A DNA stretch of 64,000 nucleotides from NCBI GenBank assembly GCA_965223905.1, contig CBDCXV010000011.1, positions 480,001-544,000 of the forward strand. Reading direction: 5' to 3'. The position numbers were made by a program, and so were the translations under genes. Below the pieces are notes generated by a model. That model saw only the letters and a program-made list of their open reading frames with translations, was not told where the DNA came from and did no database searches. Source of the stretch: Candidatus Latescibacterota bacterium (GTDB lineage Bacteria; Latescibacterota; UBA2968; UBA8231). This document shows positions 28,383 through 38,465 of this stretch, piece after piece; position 1 is the first letter of the stretch, and the number at the start of each line of letters is the position of its first letter.

Positions 28383-29117
28383 TTACCGGGCCGATTCTTC
28401 GGGCCTCGGCACGGCTTGCGTCGTCGTAGCGGGCGACGCGTGGTGGTTCCAACCGCGGAGGACCAGGTTTTCGCTGAATCGATACAGGTCTTCCTTTCGG
28501 TCTTTTCCCGAGAACATCCTTACGAACACCACCTTCCGCGGCCTGTCGGTCTGGTTGGAGACGGAGCCGTGCACGGTGAAGTAGTGGAAGAATACCACGT
28601 CCCCTGGTTGCGCCTGGATCGGCTTGGCCTCCTCGAACGGAAACTGTTGGTGAAAGGCCGCGTCGTTGGCAGACGAAGCTTGGATGCGTCCATGCTTGTG
28701 GGAACCGGGGTAGACTCGCAGGCAGCCCATCGCCTCGGTGGCCTCGCTGACGTGGACCATGGCTCCGATCATGGTGTCGTTGACCGTCGGCAGGTAGCTC
28801 CAATCCTGGTGCATGCGAAAAGGGCCAACGGCTTCGGTGCGCTCCTTCTGAAACAAGGTGGTGTGGTTGAGAACGATGTCCGGCCCGATCAGCTGCTCTA
28901 CCGGATCGAGAAGCCTGCTGTCGAGGATGAGTGACATCCACAGCCCCGAGTACTGGTGCACATTCCGAGAAATGATAATGCCATCCTCGTTGACCGGGTC
29001 GCACTGCAGCACGATGCGATCGAACTCCTCTTCGAGCTTGGCCATCTCGTGCGCCGGAAAGAGGTTTCTCGCCACGCAGTAGCCGTTTTCTGCAAAGAAG
29101 TTTGCCAGAGCCCTCAT
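28383..29117 (-). CDS. Phytanoyl-CoA dioxygenase (PhyH) family protein
   Basis: FFAENGY, MHQDWSY (HxD), GCLRVYPGSH, TVHGS...R. Confidence 0.9.
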   Translation of the reverse strand: MRALANFFAENGYCVARNLFPAHEMAKLEEEFDRIVLQCDPVNEDGIIISRNVHQYSGLWMSLILDSRLLDPVEQLIGPDIVLNHTTLFQKERTEAVGPFRMHQDWSYLPTVNDTMIGAMVHVSEATEAMGCLRVYPGSHKHGRIQASSANDAAFHQQFPFEEAKPIQAQPGDVVFFHYFTVHGSVSNQTDRPRKVVFVRMFSGKDRKEDLYRFSENLVLRGWNHHASPATTTQAVPRPEESAR

Positions 29118-30160
29118 GGATCCTCGGGTCTCTCGCCGGGGTGAACCGCAGTGGCGCTGGCTATGCGCCAGCGCCCTTCGTAATCACAGGCTTCATAGAA
29201 CATTCGGAAGCGACCGCCTGCAAGGTCCGTCACGCAGGGTTCGGAGGCCTTGGCCTTGTCCCATCGGCCTCCGTTGTCGATGCAGATGACCGGATCCTTG
29301 CGCCAGTGCAGTCCATCCGGTGAAAAGGCGCTGAAGATTCTGCCGTGGAACCTGGAACCGGCCGGAACTTCCGGGGCAGACACCCATCCGGCATAGTACA
29401 TCCGGTATCCGCCCCGACCCAGACGCAGGACTTCCGGCGCATAGACCTCGTACGACTCGAGGTCGCCTTCCCGAGTCACGCGGACCCCCGGTTCCAGATC
29501 GAACTCCAGGCCGTCCTCGGATACCGCACTCACGATATTGTGATCGTTGAAGGAACTGGCGTAGAGACGATACCGGGTTCCCCCTGTACCAGGATCTCGG
29601 TCCAGATAGAGGCACCTTGGCGATCCGTATGAGAAGCTCTTGCCTCCGAGTCGAACACCTTCCTCGCGCTCCCAGGCGATACCGTCCTCCGACAGAGCGC
29701 TGACGATGGCGCTCCTGGGTTCACCCCCTGCCTGCTCGGTCCTCCCCTCGAAATACATCCGATACCGGCCATCCGGAAGAGGGACCACATCTGGACTCCA
29801 GACCCAATGCTCCGCCCCCTCGCCGCCGGCATCCACCCTGACCCCCGGTTCTTTTTTCCAGGTCGAGCCGTCGACGGAGAAGGCACTCAGGATATACCCC
29901 TTGGACTCCAGGTTCGGTCGCTCCGGTCCGAAGCCATGGTAGTACATCCGGTAGCCTCCACCCATCTTGACGACGTTGGGAGTGAGGGCTCGATCCGCAT
30001 CAAGTGGACCGTCTGAATCGATCGCCACCTCGGGATCCTTGAGCCATTTGAGCCCAGGGTCCTTCTCTTGGTAATGGACCGATCTTGCCATGGGATCGGA
30101 GGTTTCTGGTTTAATCGGTGCCGCGCACTTGGACGCATCCGAGCATCTCTTTTCGGCCAC
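29114..30160 (-). CDS. Five-bladed beta-propeller, glycoside hydrolase-like protein
   Basis: Repeated P-x-V...YRMY[YF]...SA-x-S-x-DG-xx-W units; start uncertain (alternative ATG at 30091). Confidence 0.75.
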   Translation of the reverse strand: MAEKRCSDASKCAAPIKPETSDPMARSVHYQEKDPGLKWLKDPEVAIDSDGPLDADRALTPNVVKMGGGYRMYYHGFGPERPNLESKGYILSAFSVDGSTWKKEPGVRVDAGGEGAEHWVWSPDVVPLPDGRYRMYFEGRTEQAGGEPRSAIVSALSEDGIAWEREEGVRLGGKSFSYGSPRCLYLDRDPGTGGTRYRLYASSFNDHNIVSAVSEDGLEFDLEPGVRVTREGDLESYEVYAPEVLRLGRGGYRMYYAGWVSAPEVPAGSRFHGRIFSAFSPDGLHWRKDPVICIDNGGRWDKAKASEPCVTDLAGGRFRMFYEACDYEGRWRIASATAVHPGERPEDP

Positions 30161-30397
30161 TTTTTTGCCTTTTGTGTCTGGTGCAATTGCGGATGATGCA
30201 CCGGATTGAATACTTTCCCAGTCCGTTTTTCTACCTGAAACCCATTGGATAGCCGTTTGACATCTACACCAGTTAAAAGACTGCGAACCGAAGTAATTTA
30301 CAACAGCTTACGATCCATTTGCAGGTTTTTTTATGGTTGTGCTTCAGCGATGAGATATATTTCAGCATAACGAAACTTCAGAGAAAAAGGTGCTCTT

Positions 30398-33300
30398 ATG
30401 AAAGCTTGGAACAGGTGTATTTCGATGCTGATCGCAGCGGCCTTCCTTGGAACCGCACCGCTACAGGCGCAAACGACCGGTGCGATCGCCGTCACCGTCG
30501 TCGACAACCCCAGCGGACAGGCCCTTGAAGCGGCCCTGATCTACATCCCGGACCACGACCTGGGAGGATCGTCGGACGAGCAGGGACGCTTCACCCTTCT
30601 CGACGTCCCGGTGGGAGATCATGAAGTGACGGCCGAACTGATCGGCTACTCCCGGGCCACCGCGACCGTAGCCGTGAAAGCCGGCAGGGTAGCCATCGTC
30701 GAGCTGCGCATGGAACCCGCGGCGATTCTCTTCGAAGAGATCGCGGTGACCGGCACCGCCTTCAAGGAGTCCCCCATCAACCTGCCCTACGCGGTGACGA
30801 CGGTGAGCCGGGAAAAGCTCAAGGAGCAGGGCTCGCCCCAGCCCGTCGATTTCTTCAAGAACCTGAGCGCCAGCCATGGCGTCATCGGCGAGCGCAGCAG
30901 TTGGTACAACGCCAACCAGGCCGCTACCCTTTCCGAGAGCATCGCCAACGTCAACCTGCGCGGTCTGGGGGCCTCGCGGACCCTGGTGCTGTTCAACGGC
31001 CGCCGCCAGACCTATGTGCCGGCTCGCCTTATCGGTGGACGCTTCGTCGACGTGAATGCCATCCCTTCCATCGCCTTGGACCGGGTCGAGGTGCTCAAGG
31101 AGGGGGCTGCGGCCATCTATGGGTCGGATGCGGTGGCCGGGGTCGCCAACTTCCTGACCCGCTCCGACTTCACGGGGTTCGAAGTCTCGGCCAACCACGA
31201 GTATCTCGCCGGTGCGGGGGATACCGACGCCGGCGCCATTTGGGGCGGCAAACTCGGCGGTGCCCATGCGGTTGTCGCCGGGGAATGGCGGAAGCGCCGG
31301 GAGCTTCCGTCCACCGAAAGGGACTACCTGCTGCAGCCGTGGCACGGCGGTGGGCAGCGCCTCGGATGGTCGAGCCTGGGCAACCCGGGCACCTTCGCCG
31401 TTGGCGCTCCTGCCCCATGGACGGCCGCCATCCACGCCCCTCTCTGCGAGCAGTTCGGGGGATATCGGGAATCCTGGACCTGCCGCTTCCGCTATCAGCA
31501 GTACGAGAATCTGGTCGAGGAGATGAGCCATATCCGTGCCTTTACCGAAGTCAACGGTGCGCTCGATAATGGCACGGAGTATCACTTCGAGGGTCTGTGG
31601 GCCCAGGCGGATATCCCCAATTGGTACACCACCCCTTCGTACCCGCCCTTCCCACTGACGGACACCAGCATCATGGAGGTCGCCCCCGAGCACCCGGGCA
31701 GGGGGGCCTTCTGCGAGGACTATGGTAGTACTCAGGACAGTGTTAGGGTCGGTGACAGGAACGTCAACTACTACGACGACTGCCAGGGCGGCGAGAACTG
31801 GTATTTCAACGGCCGCCCGTTCGGCAACTCGGGTCCCGGGCGCAATCTTGGCCGCGACTCCAGCACGTGGCGCGTGGCGGCATCCGCTAATGGCGACTTC
31901 ATGTCATTCGGTGGTCGAGAGACCCACTTTGATGTAGGCCTGTCCTATTCCCGCACCGAGGGCAACTACAACCTGCCGGGGGTGTACATCGAGCGGATCT
32001 TCCTCGGCTTCCGCGGGTTCGGGGGCCCCGGCTGCGGCGTCGGCGTGGAGGCGGATCCCACCTCCCTGGCCGGGATGCGGCTCGGCCCGCTCAACGGCCA
32101 GGTGGACGGTCAGGGCGACTGCCAGTACTACAACCCCTTCGGCAATGCCATCGAGTTCACGGATCAACATGGCTCGGATTATGTAACCCAGGCGAATCCC
32201 TCATACCGCGCCAACCTCGCCAACAGCCCCGAGCTGCGGCACTGGCTGGCAGATAATGAAGTCGATCTGCAGAGCACCGCGGACATGCTGGTTGCGGATG
32301 CCACGCTGACCGGGACCTGGATCGAGAACGTGGCCAGCTACGCGGCCGGTTACCAGTTCCGCCTGCTCAATGCCAGCGGCGATCCCAACGACGAGGGAGA
32401 CGTGACCATCAACCCCTGCCCGGTCGTGGGCGATGACGGTTGCTCGGAGGAGGACAAGTTCGGGCCCTATGCGTTCACCAACGTGAATCGGCCGTACGAT
32501 GAATCGCAGACGGTGCATCGCCTCTTTGCCGAGATTCCCCTGAGCCTGGGGCCGCGCTTCGACAGCCAGCTCGCCGCCAACTACGAGTTCCACGACGTGG
32601 CGAGCAGTTTCAATCCCAAGTTCGGGTGGCGCTACCAACTGGCCGAATCCTCCGCCCAATCTCTCTTCCTGCGCGGCTCGGTGCAGACGACGTTCCGCAC
32701 GCCGTCGCTGGACGATGTGAACGAAAGCCCCCTCTCGACGCTGGAGTGGATCAGCGAGACGGGCGCCTATCAGACGGTGGACCGAATCGGGAGCAAGGAC
32801 CTCAAACCCGAACAGGCATTCACCTACAATGCGGGCCTCGCCCTGATCACCGAGGCGGGCCATGAAGCGACCTTCGACTACTGGAGCTACGATTTCAAGG
32901 ATGTCATCGGTGCCATGCCGCACGGGGCCATCACGGCCCTGTATGATGCGAACACGGAAGCCCTGAAGCAGTTCATCGTCTGCCCGGACGGGGTCGGATC
33001 CGGCACCTGCGCGGCCTCCGAGCTCGAGCGGGTGCGAGTCGATATCGTCAATTGGCCGGGGGTAAAGACTTCGGGAATCGACTTGCACCTGGGCACGCGG
33101 GCGCCCGCGGGTTCGGGACAGGTCGCCGCCAGTCTGGACGGCAGCTATATCCTGGCGTACGAGACAAAGGCCTTGATGCTGGACGACTTGGAACTGCAGA
33201 AGGCCGCTGACGCGGCGGGCTACCTGAACTTCGGCAATCCCATTGCGACCTCCCTTCCCAAGTTGAAAGGGCGGGCCTCGGCCGGCTATCACTGGAAGAC

Positions 33301-33592
33301 CTACAACCTCGTGAGCTACCTGAACTACATCTCTTCGTACGAGGACCGGGGATCGATGGCCTCCGACAATGCTGACGTTAAAGATCTATTCGGTACCATC
33401 GACCCCTTCGTCACCTTGGATGTGAGCTTTCTGTGGAGCTTGTCCCAGGGCGTCAACATGGTGCTCTCAGGGATAAACCTTCTCGACACCAGGGCGCCCC
33501 TGGTCAACATAGAGCAGGCGTACGACGGCTTTACCCACGATCCCAAGGGCAGGCGGGTAAAGCTGGCTGTCACCTGGCAACTGGGGCTGTAA
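30398..33592 (+). CDS. TonB-dependent receptor with N-terminal carboxypeptidase-regulatory-like domain
   Basis: Signal peptide; IAVTG TonB-box region; VNLRGLGASRTLVLFNGRR; IPSIALDRVEVLKEGAAAIYGSDAVAGVANF; FRTPSL; LKPE. Confidence 0.93.
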   Translation: MKAWNRCISMLIAAAFLGTAPLQAQTTGAIAVTVVDNPSGQALEAALIYIPDHDLGGSSDEQGRFTLLDVPVGDHEVTAELIGYSRATATVAVKAGRVAIVELRMEPAAILFEEIAVTGTAFKESPINLPYAVTTVSREKLKEQGSPQPVDFFKNLSASHGVIGERSSWYNANQAATLSESIANVNLRGLGASRTLVLFNGRRQTYVPARLIGGRFVDVNAIPSIALDRVEVLKEGAAAIYGSDAVAGVANFLTRSDFTGFEVSANHEYLAGAGDTDAGAIWGGKLGGAHAVVAGEWRKRRELPSTERDYLLQPWHGGGQRLGWSSLGNPGTFAVGAPAPWTAAIHAPLCEQFGGYRESWTCRFRYQQYENLVEEMSHIRAFTEVNGALDNGTEYHFEGLWAQADIPNWYTTPSYPPFPLTDTSIMEVAPEHPGRGAFCEDYGSTQDSVRVGDRNVNYYDDCQGGENWYFNGRPFGNSGPGRNLGRDSSTWRVAASANGDFMSFGGRETHFDVGLSYSRTEGNYNLPGVYIERIFLGFRGFGGPGCGVGVEADPTSLAGMRLGPLNGQVDGQGDCQYYNPFGNAIEFTDQHGSDYVTQANPSYRANLANSPELRHWLADNEVDLQSTADMLVADATLTGTWIENVASYAAGYQFRLLNASGDPNDEGDVTINPCPVVGDDGCSEEDKFGPYAFTNVNRPYDESQTVHRLFAEIPLSLGPRFDSQLAANYEFHDVASSFNPKFGWRYQLAESSAQSLFLRGSVQTTFRTPSLDDVNESPLSTLEWISETGAYQTVDRIGSKDLKPEQAFTYNAGLALITEAGHEATFDYWSYDFKDVIGAMPHGAITALYDANTEALKQFIVCPDGVGSGTCAASELERVRVDIVNWPGVKTSGIDLHLGTRAPAGSGQVAASLDGSYILAYETKALMLDDLELQKAADAAGYLNFGNPIATSLPKLKGRASAGYHWKTYNLVSYLNYISSYEDRGSMASDNADVKDLFGTIDPFVTLDVSFLWSLSQGVNMVLSGINLLDTRAPLVNIEQAYDGFTHDPKGRRVKLAVTWQLGL

Positions 33593-33656
33593 AGGGTCCG
33601 GGAAAGACAAGTCGGCTGCGAGCCGGCGGAACGCTGTCGAGAAAAGGAGCGGTCAT

Positions 33657-34387
33657 CTGAAGCCTCGGAGCAGTTCCCTTTCGAAGCTGATCGGCGCCAC
33701 ACTCCTCGGGGCCGCAGCCGCGGTGTGGGCGCAGTCGACGGGTGGTATCGCCGTCACCGCGTCACCGTGGTCGACGACGACAGCGGACAGGCCGTGGAAG
33801 CGGCCCTGGTCTACATCCCCGCCCTGGACCTGGGCGGCTCGTCGGACGCTCAGGGGCGTTTCGAAGTTGTCGACGTGCCGGTGGGAGAGCACGAAGTGAG
33901 GGCGGAGCTGATCGGCTACTCCCGGACGAGCGCGACCGTATCGGTGCAGGCCGGGAAGACGGCGGCCGTCGAGTTGCGACTGAAACCTGCGGCGATCCTG
34001 CTCGAAGAGACCGCGGTGACCGGCACCGCCTTTGTAGAGTCTCCAATCAACGCGCCCTATGCGGTCGCCGTGGCCAGCCGCAAGGCCCTCGAGGAACAAG
34101 GATCGCCGCAGCCGGTTGACTTCTTCAAGAACCTCGGGGCCAGCCACGGGGTGATCGGCGAGGCGAACAGCACCATCGACCCTTTCCTGACCTGGGACCT
34201 GAACTTCCTGTGGAACCTGTCCGGGAAAATCGGCCTCACCTTCTCGGCGCTCAACCTGACCGGCGCCGAGCCGCCTCTGGTCAACCGGGAACACGCCCAC
34301 GACGGCTTGACCCACAGTTCCAAAGGCCGGCGGTTCAAGCTGGCGGTCTCCTTCCAGCTCCCCTCCGAGACGGGAAAGCTGTTCTGA
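33657..34387 (+). pseudogene. Internally deleted, frameshifted paralogue of the upstream TonB receptor
   Basis: N-terminal ~170 codons match the receptor up to HGVIGE, then jump to its last strands (TIDPFLTWDL...KGRRFKLAV). An 8-bp duplication CGTCACCG near 33752-33767 shifts the frame. Confidence 0.85.
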
Positions 34388-34675
34388 ACGGAGATCCCTG
34401 TTATGAAAACCGCTCTGCAGCGAGGAGGATGCCCCTTTCCAAGCTGGTACGCCCGTTTGTAGGCGACGGCCGCTTCGGCCGAGCCCGCTTGCTTCGCCTC
34501 CTTCAAACCGGACAGGGATCGTCCCGAGCCGGCTGATTCGCCCAGCCTGGAAACCGGCGCTATTCATACCTGCCCTGCCGGGAACAGCGGCAACCCATAC
34601 CCACCACCCCCAGTGTCTTCAGGGGCGAAAACAAGCCCTTCGGCATCGTGAGGGGCGGGCGAGGAAACCTTTGCA

Positions 34676-36232
34676 ATGAGACAAGAGGAAAAGCAACCGC
34701 TACGGCCTGACGACGTACAGTACCGGAAGCTGTTCGGTCTGGAGATTCACTTGACTCCTGTGTTCGTGATTTCCGGTATCACCATCGTCGCCTTCGTCAT
34801 CGGGACGCTGTTGTTCCGGGAAGCGGCAACCGAAGTATTCAACAATACCCGCGAGTGGCTCACCACGAGGTTCGACTGGTTCTTCATGTCAACCGCCAAC
34901 CTCATTCTGCTCTTCTGCCTGTACGTGGCATTCTCCCCTCTCGGCAGGGTGCGCCTCGGGGGCGCCGGAGCAAAACCGGAGTACTCCAACACGACCTGGT
35001 TCTCCATGCTCTTTGCCGCGGGCGTGGGGATAGGCCTGCTGTTCTACGGGGTGGCGGAACCGGTCCACTATTTTCAGAACCCGCCGCTCGGGATTGCCGC
35101 CGGAACCGAGGAGGCGGCCGCGGTCGCCATAGCGGCAACGGTCTTTCACTGGGGGCTCCACGGATGGGGCATATACGGGCTCGTCGGACTCGCCCTCGGG
35201 TACTTCGCCTACAACCGGGGACTTCCCTTCACCATCCGCTCGGCGTTTTACCCGCTGTTCGGCGACCGCGTCTGGGGCTGGCCAGGCCATATCATCGATA
35301 CCTTCGCGATCTTCGCCGGGCTCTTCGGGCTCGCCACCTCGCTTGGCCTGGGGGTCAAGCAGCTGACCTCGGGTCTGAACTACCTGTTCGATGTTCCCGC
35401 TACCGGCACCACCATGGTGGTGCTGATCGTGGTGATAACCTCCATCGCCCTGGCATCGGTGCTGGCAGGCCTCGATGCCGGCATCAAGCGGCTCAGCCAG
35501 CTCAACCTGATCCTCGCCTTCCTGTTGCTTGCGGCGGTCATCCTTCTCGGACCGACGCTCTACATTCTCCAAGGCATGTTCTCCGCGTTTGGCAGCTATC
35601 TTGCAAAGATCGTGCCTCTCAGCAACTGGGCAGGGCGCGAGGATACGAACTTCCTGCATGGCTGGACGACGTTCTACTGGGCGTGGTGGCTCGCCTGGGC
35701 CCCCTTCGTCGGCACCTTCATTGCCCGCATCTCGAAAGGCCGCACTGTTCGCGAGTTCATGGTTTTCGTGCTGATCCTTCCGGTCGTTTCCTGCCTGCTG
35801 TGGTTCGGCGCCTTCGGCGGCACCGCCCTGCACCAGCATGTCGTCGATGGCTATACCGGGGTGACCGAAAACGTCGAGGCGTGGAGGCTGGAGATCGCCC
35901 TGTTCAAGATGTTCGACGAACTCCCGCTGGGTAAGCTGCTTTCGTCCCTTGCGATACTTCTGACGGTCCTGTTCTTCGTCACCTCTTCGGACTCGGGATC
36001 GCTGATCATCGACACCATCGCCGCCGGCGGAAGGGTCGATGCCCCGGTAGCCCAACGCGTCTTCTGGTGCACGATCGAGGGACTGGTCGCCATAGCCCTC
36101 CTGCTCGGCGGAGGGCTGAACTCGCTGCAGGCCGCCTCGCTTGCATCGGGCTTCCCGTTCGCCATCGTCCTGCTGGGTATGGCGGTCTGCGTATGGACGG
36201 GGCTCCGGAGCGAAGTTCGCGAAGCCCGCTGA
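34676..36232 (+). CDS. BCCT-family (betaine/carnitine/choline) transporter
   Basis: WFSMLFAAGVGIGLLFYGVAEP, FHWGLHGWGIY, WTTFYWAWWLAWAPFVGTFIARISKGRT, FVTSSDSGS. Confidence 0.95.
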   Translation: MRQEEKQPLRPDDVQYRKLFGLEIHLTPVFVISGITIVAFVIGTLLFREAATEVFNNTREWLTTRFDWFFMSTANLILLFCLYVAFSPLGRVRLGGAGAKPEYSNTTWFSMLFAAGVGIGLLFYGVAEPVHYFQNPPLGIAAGTEEAAAVAIAATVFHWGLHGWGIYGLVGLALGYFAYNRGLPFTIRSAFYPLFGDRVWGWPGHIIDTFAIFAGLFGLATSLGLGVKQLTSGLNYLFDVPATGTTMVVLIVVITSIALASVLAGLDAGIKRLSQLNLILAFLLLAAVILLGPTLYILQGMFSAFGSYLAKIVPLSNWAGREDTNFLHGWTTFYWAWWLAWAPFVGTFIARISKGRTVREFMVFVLILPVVSCLLWFGAFGGTALHQHVVDGYTGVTENVEAWRLEIALFKMFDELPLGKLLSSLAILLTVLFFVTSSDSGSLIIDTIAAGGRVDAPVAQRVFWCTIEGLVAIALLLGGGLNSLQAASLASGFPFAIVLLGMAVCVWTGLRSEVREAR

Positions 36233-36422
36233 TTCGCTCCCGCAAAACCAGGGATGGTTATGGAAGTGGGGATTGTCCTTCCCCGGAAACAGATGGCCAT
36301 GGTTCAGGCGCCGAGGCGGATGGATCGGAAATAGAATGGCCAGATATGGACAGGGACAGGGCTTACCCTGAGTAGAGAGTGCCCGTTTTATCGGGGGTAT
36401 TTGAGGGTCAGCCGACGGGCGG

Positions 36423-37556
36423 TCAGCGCAGGGCCGATACTCCCCCGCCGGCGAGGGCCCGGGCTATCTCTTTCTCGACGTCCCCCTGCTTTACGAAGGT
36501 GATGTCGCCGGGGGTCTCCTGCACCAGGATGCCGTGGGCCGCCCCCCACTGCACTGCCTCTTCCGGTCCCTTGCCGTTCAGCGTGGCAGCGACCACACCG
36601 GATGCGAAGGAATCGCCCCCTCCGGTGCGGTCGGCGATCTCGACGTTCTCCCGCACCACTGCCTGGTGCACGGCGTCGCTCTCGACGTCGTAGAGCACCG
36701 CCCCCCAGTCGATGCGATCGGCGCTCAGGGCTCCGCGCAGCTGCGTGCCGATCAGCCTGATGTTGCCGTAGTCGCCGGCGACCTGCCGCAGCATCCCGGT
36801 GTAGGCGTCGAGCCACACCTCGAAGGGGGCGTCCTTCGGCACCGGTTCGGTCTCGTACCCGAGGGCGTCGTCGAAGTCGTCGTGGTTGCCGACCAGGAAG
36901 TCGACGTGGGGGACGATGCCGCGGTTGATTTCGCGGGCCCGTTCCTTGTCCGGCTCGACCTTGGAGCGGTAGTTGAGGTCGAACGACCGCCCGACGCCGT
37001 GCTCCCCCGCTTTCCTCATCCCCTCTTCGGCCAGGGCCGCGGTCTTCGGCGACAGCAGCGTGTAGATGCCGCCGGTGCTGAACCAGCGTGTCCCGACCTC
37101 GCCGAACAGGTGATCCCAATCGATGTCGCCCGGGCCGATCTCCCGGATCGGGGTGTGGGCGCGGTAGTATTCGGTCACCGAGGGAAGCAGCCCTTTCCCC
37201 GCCCAGGTGAAGTTGACGCCGTTGTGCAGCGTCCCCTTGGCGTCGGTGCTGTATTTCCCCTTTCCGGAGTTGTTGAACCAGATGACGCGGCCGGTGTCGA
37301 GACCCACCTCCCTGAGCTGGTTCTCTATGTTGCGGCCGACGCCGTCATCGACGAGGGCGGTCAGGACCGCGGCTCTGAGTCCGAAGGTGTAGCTCAGGCC
37401 GACGGCGACGTTGGTCTCTCCCCCTCCCTGCCATATGCGCGCCGTCCTCGCCCTGGCGGTCGGTACGTCTCCCGGATCGATTCTCAGCAGCACCTCCCCC
37501 AGGGAGACGGCGTCGTAGCGCGTCTCCGCGGCGGTTTTCAGTTGCATCGTCGCCAT
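36423..37556 (-). CDS. PfkB-family sugar kinase (KdgK-like)
   Basis: SLGEVLLRID, GGGETNVA, SFDLNYR, DRTGGGDSFASG. Confidence 0.9.
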   Translation of the reverse strand: MATMQLKTAAETRYDAVSLGEVLLRIDPGDVPTARARTARIWQGGGETNVAVGLSYTFGLRAAVLTALVDDGVGRNIENQLREVGLDTGRVIWFNNSGKGKYSTDAKGTLHNGVNFTWAGKGLLPSVTEYYRAHTPIREIGPGDIDWDHLFGEVGTRWFSTGGIYTLLSPKTAALAEEGMRKAGEHGVGRSFDLNYRSKVEPDKERAREINRGIVPHVDFLVGNHDDFDDALGYETEPVPKDAPFEVWLDAYTGMLRQVAGDYGNIRLIGTQLRGALSADRIDWGAVLYDVESDAVHQAVVRENVEIADRTGGGDSFASGVVAATLNGKGPEEAVQWGAAHGILVQETPGDITFVKQGDVEKEIARALAGGGVSALR

Positions 37557-37571
37557 TGCTCCTCCTCGGAG

Positions 37572-38441
37572 TTACAGTCTGAGGCCGACCCGTGCGTGCG
37601 GGTGGGCCAGCGATTTCTCGAGACCTTCGAGCACCGCGACCGGGCCGATCATGGTCTCGTCCGTCTCCGAGGTCTCACCGGTCGCGAACATGTGCACGAA
37701 CTCCCGGACCCCGGCGAGGTACATGCTCCTGTCCATGGAGATCACCGAATCCAGGCGCCCCCTCTCCCCGATCGCGGATACGTGAAAGGCGGGAGTGCCC
37801 GCGCCGATAAGGTTCATCGTTCCCACGGATCCGTCGCGATACAGGACGGAGGCGGTGTGGTTGCTGCCGCGGCCCCGGGTGACGCAGCCGCGATAGAAGT
37901 CGTACCCCAGCAGCCGCACCAGCATGTCGACCTGGTGGATGCCGTAGAAGAAGATGCCCCCCCACTTCGACCTGACGTCGCACGGCCCCGTGGTCGTAAC
38001 CGAGTGCAGGGTCCCGAGGCGGGCGACCTTCTCCTGCAGCGACCGGAAGCTCGTCTGCCTGGGCAGCACGGAGAAGGAACATACCGGCACCGAGAGCGCC
38101 CGCGCCCGCTTCAGGAACCGGCGACCCTCCGCGGTCCGGCAGCAGAACGGCTTGTCGATGAACAGGGGCAACCCCTCTTCGAGAAACGGCCGGGCGGGCG
38201 GCAGATGTTCGGCGCCGTGGCGGTGGTCGACCACCACTCCGTCGACCTCGCCGATCATCTGCTCCGGCTCCCGGACTATTGAAGGAATCCGCCCCGGTTC
38301 GGCCGCGGCGCGGGCGTACGCCGCGGTCTCGCCCCAGACATGGGTTACGCGGGCGCCCGGCACCCTCCTGTCGATATTGAGAACCTTGGCGATCGCCGCG
38401 GTGTGGCTGTTCTCGGCGCCGACGATGCCGATGCGGATCAT
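37572..38441 (-). CDS. Gfo/Idh/MocA-family oxidoreductase
   Basis: IGIVGAENSH, LFIDKP, FYGIHQVD. Confidence 0.85.
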   Translation of the reverse strand: MIRIGIVGAENSHTAAIAKVLNIDRRVPGARVTHVWGETAAYARAAAEPGRIPSIVREPEQMIGEVDGVVVDHRHGAEHLPPARPFLEEGLPLFIDKPFCCRTAEGRRFLKRARALSVPVCSFSVLPRQTSFRSLQEKVARLGTLHSVTTTGPCDVRSKWGGIFFYGIHQVDMLVRLLGYDFYRGCVTRGRGSNHTASVLYRDGSVGTMNLIGAGTPAFHVSAIGERGRLDSVISMDRSMYLAGVREFVHMFATGETSETDETMIGPVAVLEGLEKSLAHPHARVGLRL

Positions 38442-38465
38442 CTCAGGCCTCCACTCGCGGGACGG

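Noticed and set aside
36534-38282. 582-aa plus-strand ORF and similar long antisense ORFs (23838-25184, 24821-26092, 30461-31693, 55321-56640)
   Set aside because: Typical high-GC antisense open frames opposite well-supported genes.
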